A stretch of 64,000 nt of DNA from a virus. The notes beneath the pieces are model-generated. The model made no database searches. It saw only the letters and a program-made list of their open reading frames with translations, and was not told the DNA's origin. The position numbers and the translations under genes were made by a program. The stretch's first letter is position 1, and each line of letters begins with the position of its first letter. Location: the IMG/VR virus record IMGVR_UViG_3300045988_125296, one strand, 5' to 3'. Positions 55,911 to 62,952 of the stretch are shown here, piece by piece.

Positions 55911-56120
55911 ATGAAGATAACGCAATTGGAGTGGGAACAGATATTAGACGTTATGCTTTTTTATCATCGAACCGAAGGTTATATCAATGAGGTTAATGGT
56001 AAAATTCAACTATTTGACAGCGACTATTGCGTAAATGGGGTCCATTCTCGAAAAATAACTATTGAAGAAGTAAAAGAAAGGACATTAAATCCTCCCAAAT
56101 GTTTAGGTTATGAGCAATGA
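55911..56120 (+). CDS. hypothetical protein
   Basis: 69-aa ORF. Confidence 0.4.
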   Translation: MKITQLEWEQILDVMLFYHRTEGYINEVNGKIQLFDSDYCVNGVHSRKITIEEVKERTLNPPKCLGYEQ

Positions 56121-56352
56121 TTTTATATGTCAATTGCCTATTAAAGGCAAGAATTTATGTACTTTTCCGGAAGGTTCTCTTGTTAAGAGTATATATTCAG
56201 GAAAGATATATGTGATAACTAAACATTATAAGAACGGTATGTGCAATATGTATTGTCCGGATATGAAAACCAACGAGAATTGGAATGCGTGTAATAATGC
56301 ACATTTTATTTATGCGGATTATGTAAGTTTGGGTATTAGAAGTTTGTTATGA
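56110..56352 (+). CDS. hypothetical protein
   Basis: 80-aa ORF. Confidence 0.4.
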   Translation: MSNDFICQLPIKGKNLCTFPEGSLVKSIYSGKIYVITKHYKNGMCNMYCPDMKTNENWNACNNAHFIYADYVSLGIRSLL

Positions 56353-56630
56353 GAGTTTATGTGAGTATTCCCATTTCGGGAAAGGATTATAACGTTCAAA
56401 AAGAGCTTGCCGAAAAAGTGAAGGAACAGTTGGAAAGTGAAGGACACCAAGTTGTAACTCCTTTTGAGATTATAACTGATAGGAATACTCCTGTTCATTA
56501 TGCTATGGGAAAAGACATTGAAGTGTTACTTACTTGTGACGCAGCTATCTTTTTAGACGGTTGGAATGAAAGTAAGGGGTGTAGATTAGAACGTTCCGCT
56601 TGTAAAATTTATGGGATTGAAATACTATGA
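56349..56630 (+). CDS. DUF4406 / nucleoside 2-deoxyribosyltransferase-like protein
   Basis: MRVYVSIPISGKDYN...VVTPFEI...LLTCDAAIFLDGWNESKGCRLERSACKIYGIEI matches the DUF4406 pattern (YisGPmsG...cDai..L.GWe.S.G...E...A...Gi). Confidence 0.6.
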   Translation: MRVYVSIPISGKDYNVQKELAEKVKEQLESEGHQVVTPFEIITDRNTPVHYAMGKDIEVLLTCDAAIFLDGWNESKGCRLERSACKIYGIEIL

Positions 56631-56656
56631 GGTAATTGAACTAATTTTAGAACTGT

Positions 56657-57076
56657 ATGTCGCCTATAAGGAAGAATGGGAAAATAACTAAGAAAAAACG
56701 TACTCCAAAAGTATTGGTGCGTAGAAATAATGTAAGAGTAACCAAGCCCACAAGTAAAGAGTGCTGGAAGTCTTTCGAACGTACTGTTGCTACTTATTTT
56801 GGAACACGTAGAGTTCCTCTATCTGGAAGTAATAGTGGACACGGTACAAATAGCGACTCTTTACATCCTAAACTTTATATAGAATGTAAAGTTCGGAGTA
56901 AGATTGCACTGTGGCAATTGTTTTCTGACACTGAAAAAAAGGCCAAGTTAGAAAGTAAGATTCCTGTTGTCGCAATTAAACAAAAAGGAGAAAAAGGATA
57001 CCTAATTGTGTTACGTCCCCAAGATTTGGAAAATGTTCTCAAAATTAAAAAGGAATATACTTGTGATATGAAATAA
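56657..57076 (+). CDS. PD-(D/E)XK nuclease, Hjc-like (paralogue 2) with basic N-terminal extension
   Basis: FERTVATYFG...PLSGSNSGHGTNSDSLHPKLYIECKVRS and IPVVAIKQKGEKGYLIVL parallel ORF 49337. Confidence 0.5.
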   Translation: MSPIRKNGKITKKKRTPKVLVRRNNVRVTKPTSKECWKSFERTVATYFGTRRVPLSGSNSGHGTNSDSLHPKLYIECKVRSKIALWQLFSDTEKKAKLESKIPVVAIKQKGEKGYLIVLRPQDLENVLKIKKEYTCDMK

Positions 57077-57083
57077 TTCTTTT

Positions 57084-57091
57084 TATATTTG
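57084..57091 (+). promoter_or_regulatory. candidate Bacteroidota-type promoter -7 box TATATTTG
   Basis: A perfect TAnnTTTG match, 25 nt upstream of ATG 57116. TTG at 57061-57063 gives about 20-nt spacing. Confidence 0.4.
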
Positions 57092-57115
57092 CAAGTGTCC
57101 TATAAGAAGACGACT

Positions 57116-57397
57116 ATGGAGATTAAAGATAATCAGAAAATACTCAGATGTAAATCATCTACCGATGCCAATAAGTTAGCTGGAAGTATTTACTCTATCT
57201 ATCAAGAAGACGCCACTTCTCATATCATACTTAGGGTAATTGGAGCAGGGGCACTCAACCAAGCTATTAAAGCGGTTATCATTAGTAATAAATTCTTTGC
57301 TAAAAAAGGAATTGTGGTTGATTTAAGACCATCTTTTCAAGATGCATCTGAGAATATGACGGCTATCGAATTAAAAGTTTTATTCAATAAAAATTAG
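57116..57397 (+). CDS. SpoVS-family protein
   Basis: KILRCKSSTDANKLAGSI...VIGAGALNQAIKAVIISNKF...LRPSF closely parallels B. subtilis SpoVS (AIGAGALNQAVKAVAIARGF). The track start 57089 is TTG inside the promoter box. Confidence 0.75.
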   Translation: MEIKDNQKILRCKSSTDANKLAGSIYSIYQEDATSHIILRVIGAGALNQAIKAVIISNKFFAKKGIVVDLRPSFQDASENMTAIELKVLFNKN

Positions 57398-57493
57398 AGC
57401 AAGGTTTTCTTGACTATAAGATTTACAAAAAGCGGTTATGTAAGCTAATCGCTATATAAAATAATACTGCTTGATTTTTTAATTAGCTGGATT

Positions 57494-57598
57494 ATGGCAA
57501 GAGCAAGAACTACCGCTGCTGCTCCTAAGAAAGGGGCCGCAAAAGGACGAGGTGGAAAAGCAAAAGCTACCGCTGCTGCAAAAAAGTCGAAATCGTAA
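57494..57598 (+). CDS. 34-aa Ala/Lys-rich basic peptide (histone H1 tail-like composition)
   Basis: Hand-translated: MARARTTAAAPKKGAAKGRGGKAKATAAAKKSKS*. Its stop is 17 nt upstream of a strong terminator. Below the track cutoff. Confidence 0.45.
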   Translation: MARARTTAAAPKKGAAKGRGGKAKATAAAKKSKS

Positions 57599-57614
57599 AC
57601 CACTTCGGAGAGTT

Positions 57615-57647
57615 AAGGGAACTAAGGAATTAGTTCCCTTTTTATTT
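57615..57647 (+). terminator. rho-independent terminator
   Basis: AAGGGAACTAA-GGAA-TTAGTTCCCTT forms an 11-bp perfect stem followed by TTTATTT. Confidence 0.7.
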
Positions 57648-57668
57648 AAATTTTGTATTTTTGTACCT

Positions 57669-58391
57669 ATGGAAAAGAAAGTTTTATTGTTTTCGGGAGG
57701 TCTCGATAGTAGATTACAAGAATGGCTCATAAAACCGGATATTCTTCTTTATGTAGACATGAAGACTTCCTATTCTGATGCCGAACTTAAAGAGCTTAGT
57801 AAACTTTCCCCGTATTATACGGAACGTTTAATTATTAAAGAGCTGCCTCTTGGAGAATATGAAAGAGATAATAAATATCTTCCGTATAGAAATTTGATAC
57901 TTGGGACTATTGCTATGCAGTATGGGCAACATGTATATTTTGGGTTTAATTATAAAGATAATGCCCCAGATAAAGATTACATGTTTCTTGATAAGACCAC
58001 AAGTTTATTTCGTCACCTTAATAAAAATTGCATAGGTGATATGGAGTGGGACAATGACAATTTCAGTTTTAATGCCCCATTTAAAAGGTACACTAAATCT
58101 GAGATGATGTCTCTTTGTATAAAGAATGGAATGCCCATTGAAGATATTCAATCTATACGTTCCTGTTATGATGGAGTTTCTGAGAAAGGTTGTGGTAAAT
58201 GTGCGGTATGTCTAAATAAAGCTGTTGCCCTACTTAATAATGGGATATATGATGATTGTCTTTTTGATGCTTCCATAAGGATTGAGGATTTGGAGAATAT
58301 GAGTTCACAAGCTCTCTTGGATAAACGAGGTAAAAAACATTTATATGAAATCAACGAGGCCATCAGAAGGTTACGACAAATCGAAGAATAA
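57669..58391 (+). CDS. queC: 7-cyano-7-deazaguanine synthase (QueC)
   Basis: PP-loop KKVLLFSGGLDS. C-terminal Zn cluster SCY...GCGKCAVCLNK. ATG 57669 is preferred because the track start 57552 runs through the terminator. Confidence 0.8.
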   Translation: MEKKVLLFSGGLDSRLQEWLIKPDILLYVDMKTSYSDAELKELSKLSPYYTERLIIKELPLGEYERDNKYLPYRNLILGTIAMQYGQHVYFGFNYKDNAPDKDYMFLDKTTSLFRHLNKNCIGDMEWDNDNFSFNAPFKRYTKSEMMSLCIKNGMPIEDIQSIRSCYDGVSEKGCGKCAVCLNKAVALLNNGIYDDCLFDASIRIEDLENMSSQALLDKRGKKHLYEINEAIRRLRQIEE

Positions 58392-59283
58392 AGCGGTATT
58401 GTTCTTTTCTGCTTCTTCCACCGGAGACTTTCAACAGTTGTATGACTTTGGAATTAGGGAATGTCTTGTGTCTTATTTTTATATCCGGAAAAATTTATCT
58501 TACTGGGATAAGATGCTTCCTATATTTAAAAAAGAAGGAGGCATATTTATGACTGACTCAGGAGCTTTCTCATTTATGGGTAAATTTTCTAATGACTCCC
58601 ATGAAATAGAAAGAATGACGGAAGAAGAATTTTGGTTACCTTATCTTGAAGAATATTTGAAGTGGGTAAAAGACCACAAGGAGTATATTTTTAGTGCTGC
58701 CAATCTTGACCTTGATAAGATAGTAGGTTATGATGTAGTCGATAAATGGAATAGAACGTATTTTGAACCCCTTGAAAAAGAAGGAATACAAGTAGTTTAT
58801 GTTGCGCATGAGATAAACTATCCGCATGAAGTAATTAACAGGTTTAAATTTTATTGCCGGAAATATTCTTATGTCGGTGTCAATCAAACATGGAAAAGTT
58901 TAGCTGCTCAAATATTTCAAATTGCTAAACATTACAAACGTAGAATACATGGTTTTGCATGGACTGAGCTTTCTTTACTTCGGGATTATCCTTTTTTTAG
59001 TGTCGATTCTGTAACGTGGTTAGGGGGTGTTCGTTTCGGAACAACTTATGACTATGACGGAAAAAATTTCACTACTATTGATTACAAACATAAATACATG
59101 CGTAAAGCCAGAAAACTAAAATATGAAAGAGCTGGTATCGACTTTTCCAAAGTTACAGAAACTGAGGAAAGAATCAACATCAATAAGATGAACTTACTTG
59201 GTTGGATGGGCTTCCGTAAAGAATTTCTTAAAATGGCAAATTTGAAGTTGAATAATAAAACCGTAGTAAATTATGAAAGATAG
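58345..59283 (+). CDS. dpdA: DpdA-like DNA-guanine transglycosylase (TGT superfamily)
   Basis: IFMTDSGAFSFMG parallels the TGT motif TDSGGFQV. 312 aa, adjacent to queC. Confidence 0.55.
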   Translation: MKSTRPSEGYDKSKNKAVLFFSASSTGDFQQLYDFGIRECLVSYFYIRKNLSYWDKMLPIFKKEGGIFMTDSGAFSFMGKFSNDSHEIERMTEEEFWLPYLEEYLKWVKDHKEYIFSAANLDLDKIVGYDVVDKWNRTYFEPLEKEGIQVVYVAHEINYPHEVINRFKFYCRKYSYVGVNQTWKSLAAQIFQIAKHYKRRIHGFAWTELSLLRDYPFFSVDSVTWLGGVRFGTTYDYDGKNFTTIDYKHKYMRKARKLKYERAGIDFSKVTETEERININKMNLLGWMGFRKEFLKMANLKLNNKTVVNYER

Positions 59284-59995
59284 TATTAGGAAACGTATCG
59301 AACAGATTCATAAGGCTGAAACTTCCGATGACCTTATCAAATGTTTATGCCCTTTCTTTGAGAAAGGAGGACACCCTGACTGTCCTGTATGTAGAAAAAC
59401 TGAACCTGATTTGGAAGAATGTAAAGAGTACTATCTTGGTCGTATTATGACACATCCTATGGATTTCTGGACAGACGACTTCGATGCAGCTATTGTTCAG
59501 TCAAGAGATACCTTAAATGTAGAAGACATTGTAGGGATAGGTTCTAATTGTGACAATTGCTATATGTCTGAGAAATGCCCTTTGTACAAAAGTGGATATG
59601 CATGCGGGATAAATTGGGGGTCTAATATTCCTAAGACACCATCTGAATTTATGGATTTTCTTATTAACATGCAGTATGAACGGGTAAGACGTGCTGCTGT
59701 ATTTGAGAAACTTGACGGGGGTGCTCCCTATGCTGGTCTTTCAGGAGAAATGGACAGACTTACTGATTATCTTAATACTAAGGATAATATGGGGAGAGAC
59801 CGTTTATCAATAAATGTCGAGGCGAGCGGTGCTTCTCGACAATCCGGAGGTATATTATCGAAGTTATTCGGTGGTGGGGAACCAAAGGCTATACCAGAAA
59901 AGCCCGAATCTACGAAAGATATTATTGATATTACAGAATTTCAAGAGGTGAAATCTGAACCTGTAAAAGTATCACGTAAAAGAAAACAATCATGA
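59273..59995 (+). CDS. cysteine-rich hypothetical protein
   Basis: CLCPFFEKGGHPDCPVCRK...C and CDNCYMSEKCPLYKSGYAC clusters. 240 aa. Confidence 0.45.
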   Translation: MKDSIRKRIEQIHKAETSDDLIKCLCPFFEKGGHPDCPVCRKTEPDLEECKEYYLGRIMTHPMDFWTDDFDAAIVQSRDTLNVEDIVGIGSNCDNCYMSEKCPLYKSGYACGINWGSNIPKTPSEFMDFLINMQYERVRRAAVFEKLDGGAPYAGLSGEMDRLTDYLNTKDNMGRDRLSINVEASGASRQSGGILSKLFGGGEPKAIPEKPESTKDIIDITEFQEVKSEPVKVSRKRKQS

Positions 59996-60321
59996 CTGAG
60001 GTAAGAAAACATTTCCGCAATGGAAAAAATAAGAGAAGTGTGGTAAGAAGACACACTCGTAAGATGAAAACACATAGAATACACAATGGGCGTAGAGAAG
60101 TGTTCGTTGATGGTTTTTGGAAACATGATGATTATCCTAATGCTCCAAAGCCCGGATGGTCCTATGAGAAACTTGTTAAAGAACGTTCTAAGTTACAACA
60201 GGATTTATCTGATGGATTAGCCGGAAGAGATATTCTTCCACCTCGAAAATATGGTCTTTTGACAAGACGAATACGGAAGATTAACCGGATTATTAAATCC
60301 AAGTACGGTAGGAAACAGTAA
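59992..60321 (+). CDS. basic protein, weaker copy of the N-terminal basic motif
   Basis: MTEVRKHFRNGKNKRSVVRRHTRKMKTHRIHNG... 109 aa. Confidence 0.5.
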   Translation: MTEVRKHFRNGKNKRSVVRRHTRKMKTHRIHNGRREVFVDGFWKHDDYPNAPKPGWSYEKLVKERSKLQQDLSDGLAGRDILPPRKYGLLTRRIRKINRIIKSKYGRKQ

Positions 60322-60432
60322 TTACGGGTGTTCGGAGTATTTTGTCTTTTTGCAATAAATTCATATATTTATGAAACGTAAGGTGCATTTTATTAAGTAT
60401 GTTAGAAAACCAAGAAAAATTAAACTCTAATT

Positions 60433-60876
60433 ATGGATACTCTTTACCGTTCTCTTATCGGAGTTTCTCTCGAATTTAGGTTCACTCGTAGTGATGCCGT
60501 TGGAGTTGAAAAGAACATAGAAGTTCTTCGTAAGCGTCTTGAAAAAGAAACATCTGAGGCCCTCTCAATAGGGGGTGAGAAATGTATGATGTTTCTTTCT
60601 GAATTGAGAAATTATTATCAGACTACACCTCAATATATTGCTATAAGAGGGGCTATTAAGATGGGCAGGTATCGCCCCGTAGTTTTTAATTACATGAAAT
60701 TGCCCGTTAATGAAAGAGCGGACCGTTTATTAAAACTTGTTCTCTCCTCAAAGAAAGATAAACACAGAGATTTTATCATCGATATATTGAAATATTTTTT
60801 ACTTACCTATCCTCATAGATTAGAAGTATTTAAGCCTTACATTTCTCGTTCAGAATACATTTACATTTTATCATGA
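60433..60876 (+). CDS. hypothetical protein
   Basis: 147-aa ORF. Confidence 0.45.
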   Translation: MDTLYRSLIGVSLEFRFTRSDAVGVEKNIEVLRKRLEKETSEALSIGGEKCMMFLSELRNYYQTTPQYIAIRGAIKMGRYRPVVFNYMKLPVNERADRLLKLVLSSKKDKHRDFIIDILKYFLLTYPHRLEVFKPYISRSEYIYILS

Positions 60877-61130
60877 AAACAAGATTACTTAGACGAATAA
60901 GAAAACAGATTCGTCAGAATTTTAAGTATACACAACTTTCCGGAGATACCTTTTTATTTCAGACAAAGGTATTTGGAGTATACTACACGTACAATGTTTA
61001 CTGGAAAATTAGTTTGGTATTACATCACAGTGTTTACGGAGAATTTGAGCGATACGTGATGCGACAATGCGTTAAGGTTTTAAGAAATTCAAGATTACTA
61101 TGCGCCACGAAGAAAAAATTGCCTTTTTGA
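60873..61130 (+). CDS. hypothetical protein
   Basis: 85-aa ORF. ATGA overlap with the upstream gene. Confidence 0.4.
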   Translation: MKTRLLRRIRKQIRQNFKYTQLSGDTFLFQTKVFGVYYTYNVYWKISLVLHHSVYGEFERYVMRQCVKVLRNSRLLCATKKKLPF

Positions 61131-61321
61131 AGGACCATTATTTTAAGGAGTTCGTTGAAACAAGAAAGTCCGTTGAACGGACCTTATCGGATAGTCAAAC
61201 GATGTTTTGTTGTTGCGGAAAATTAGCTACTGGATTACACGAGTCCACGTGTGGGAAGTTTAATCATAAGGTTGACGTGCTTACCATTAAAGAATTATCC
61301 CATTTATTAAAATACAAATAA
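61100..61321 (+). CDS. hypothetical protein with Cys/His cluster
   Basis: 73 aa. CCGKLATGLHESTCGKFNH. Confidence 0.4.
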   Translation: MRHEEKIAFLKDHYFKEFVETRKSVERTLSDSQTMFCCCGKLATGLHESTCGKFNHKVDVLTIKELSHLLKYK

Positions 61322-61327
61322 GAAGTT

Positions 61328-62041
61328 ATGGATACACTAAACGTAAATATTATTTATCCCTCTTTTATGGGAGAAGTCAATACTCATGGTATTGGCGTTC
61401 CATGTACATTCGTTCGCCTTTCTGGGTGCAATTTAAGATGCTATTATAAGACTAAGGGTGTTTTTTGTGACACACCAGAAGCACTTAAAGTGAATGGCGG
61501 TAAAGAAATGTCTGTGGCTGAGATTGTTCACCAAGTGAGAACTCTTGGAAGAAAAGTTGTCTGCCTTACTGGTGGGGAACCTTTAATGCAAGACGTTAAA
61601 GAGCTTCTTACGGAACTTTCTAATCATGGATATTATGTAGTAGTAGAAACAAATGGCTCAAAGAGTATCGCTCCTTATCGACATATCCGCAATGTTAGTT
61701 TCGTTGTAGATGTTAAATCTACAAGTTCGGGGGAGAGTGAACGGATGCTTGAAGAAAACTACGGATTACTTGACCGCAATGATTTTCTTAAATTTGTAGT
61801 AGACACTAAGGAAGATGTAACTGAGTTTGAGCAATGGGTATTCTCACATGATTATATTGGGTGTAATGTTGCAGTGGGTACATTTTGGGGTTCCAAAATT
61901 TCCTATGCGGACCTTATAGAAAAAGTTGTTGAAACGACATGGCTGATACCCGTGTACCTCAATATGCAGACGCATAAAATGGCATGTTTATATGACCATT
62001 ATGAAGATGTTACACACATATTTGTGCCAAGAACTTTATAG
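61328..62041 (+). CDS. queE: 7-carboxy-7-deazaguanine synthase (QueE, radical SAM) with atypical Cys spacing
   Basis: FVRLSGCNLRCYYKTKGVFCDTPE, VCLTGGEPLM and VVETNG are QueE-like. The cluster cysteines are spaced CX3CX8C rather than CX3CX2C. Confidence 0.75.
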   Translation: MDTLNVNIIYPSFMGEVNTHGIGVPCTFVRLSGCNLRCYYKTKGVFCDTPEALKVNGGKEMSVAEIVHQVRTLGRKVVCLTGGEPLMQDVKELLTELSNHGYYVVVETNGSKSIAPYRHIRNVSFVVDVKSTSSGESERMLEENYGLLDRNDFLKFVVDTKEDVTEFEQWVFSHDYIGCNVAVGTFWGSKISYADLIEKVVETTWLIPVYLNMQTHKMACLYDHYEDVTHIFVPRTL

Positions 62042-62057
62042 GTTCTCAAATTTTTAT

Positions 62058-62065
62058 TATATTTG
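62058..62065 (+). promoter_or_regulatory. candidate Bacteroidota-type promoter -7 box TATATTTG
   Basis: Same octamer as at 57084. Lies 34 nt upstream of ATG 62099, with TTTA 19 nt upstream. Confidence 0.35.
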
Positions 62066-62098
62066 AGGGCGAATGTTTAATGTTTAAATTGAAAAGAA

Positions 62099-62326
62099 AT
62101 GGCAAAAGTAACTGATTTGGTTATTCTGAATCCGGCCGATAAAACCCGGATGTTCTCAGTAGCGATTGGTAAGGGTGCTCCTGCTGACGCAGACGATGTG
62201 ATTAACGTTAACGTAAAGGATTTTCCTATCGGCTCTCAGTATACCGACTTGACGGCTAAGAAGTTTTACGTCCGCACTGGAAATACAGGTAAAGCCGCTG
62301 ATTGGACTTCAATTGCGGGAGCCTGA
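62099..62326 (+). CDS. small hypothetical protein in its own promoter-terminator unit
   Basis: 75-aa ORF bracketed by the TATATTTG box and a strong terminator. Confidence 0.5.
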   Translation: MAKVTDLVILNPADKTRMFSVAIGKGAPADADDVINVNVKDFPIGSQYTDLTAKKFYVRTGNTGKAADWTSIAGA

Positions 62327-62344
62327 TTGTACCACTTATTGTAG

Positions 62345-62383
62345 AAGGGCAACTTGCAATTTTTGCGAGATTGCCCTTTTATT
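62345..62383 (+). terminator. rho-independent terminator
   Basis: AAGGGCAA CTTGC-AATTTTT-GCGAG(A) TTGCCCTT forms a 13-bp stem with one bulge, followed by TTATTG. Confidence 0.6.
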
Positions 62384-62397
62384 GTAAATTTTAGAAT

Positions 62398-62928
62398 ATG
62401 ATTGAGTATAAAAGTCTATTTTCAGGAGAAAGTGGTTTACAGATAAGAACTAAACTAAATGAGATGCTAAGTGCTCTCATTACAGGAGATGAAGGAGTTA
62501 ATATTCTTTGGAACCGTTACTTTGATATGGAAACGAGTGTTTCCAATATACATGATGGTGTAAAAATTTTTTATCAAGATTTAAAGGCTCAGATTCTTCA
62601 TAGTTATTCTTATACTGATTCAAAGGTCTCCGACTTAAAGACATATGTAAATGGTATGTCAGGTGGAGTTACTGCCTTTGCAGATAGTACATCTTATGAC
62701 CCATCGGGTATTCCTGTCGAAAAATCAGCTACTGTTTTAGCCGTTTTACCCGGACAGTACAAAAATTTCAAAGGCGAAGATGGTGCTTCAATTATATTGA
62801 CTTCTGAGGACGGACTAACTATTTTTTATAAAGCCGCAGGTGCTAATTATTGGAAGCATCAGTCTATTTTGGCCGGTATAATTATTTTGGAATCTTCCAT
62901 TGACGGAGGCGGTGCTTTTAACGGATAA
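62398..62928 (+). CDS. hypothetical protein (possibly fibre-associated)
   Basis: 176-aa ORF upstream of a tail-fibre gene. Confidence 0.4.
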   Translation: MIEYKSLFSGESGLQIRTKLNEMLSALITGDEGVNILWNRYFDMETSVSNIHDGVKIFYQDLKAQILHSYSYTDSKVSDLKTYVNGMSGGVTAFADSTSYDPSGIPVEKSATVLAVLPGQYKNFKGEDGASIILTSEDGLTIFYKAAGANYWKHQSILAGIIILESSIDGGGAFNG

Positions 62929-62952
62929 AACAAACTTATAAATTATACATAT

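Noticed and set aside
60371-60430. A 19-codon mini-ORF (MKRKVHFIKYVRKPRKIKL) in the gap before ORF 60433, vaguely resembling the basic motif.
   Set aside because: It is too short and the resemblance is only compositional. There is no supporting signal.
62045-62067. AT-rich inverted repeat CTCAAAT-N9-ATTTGAG upstream of ORF 62099, considered as a terminator.
   Set aside because: The stem is all A/T apart from two pairs and no T-tract follows. It overlaps the candidate TATATTTG promoter box, so it is more likely part of the promoter or operator region, or due to chance.
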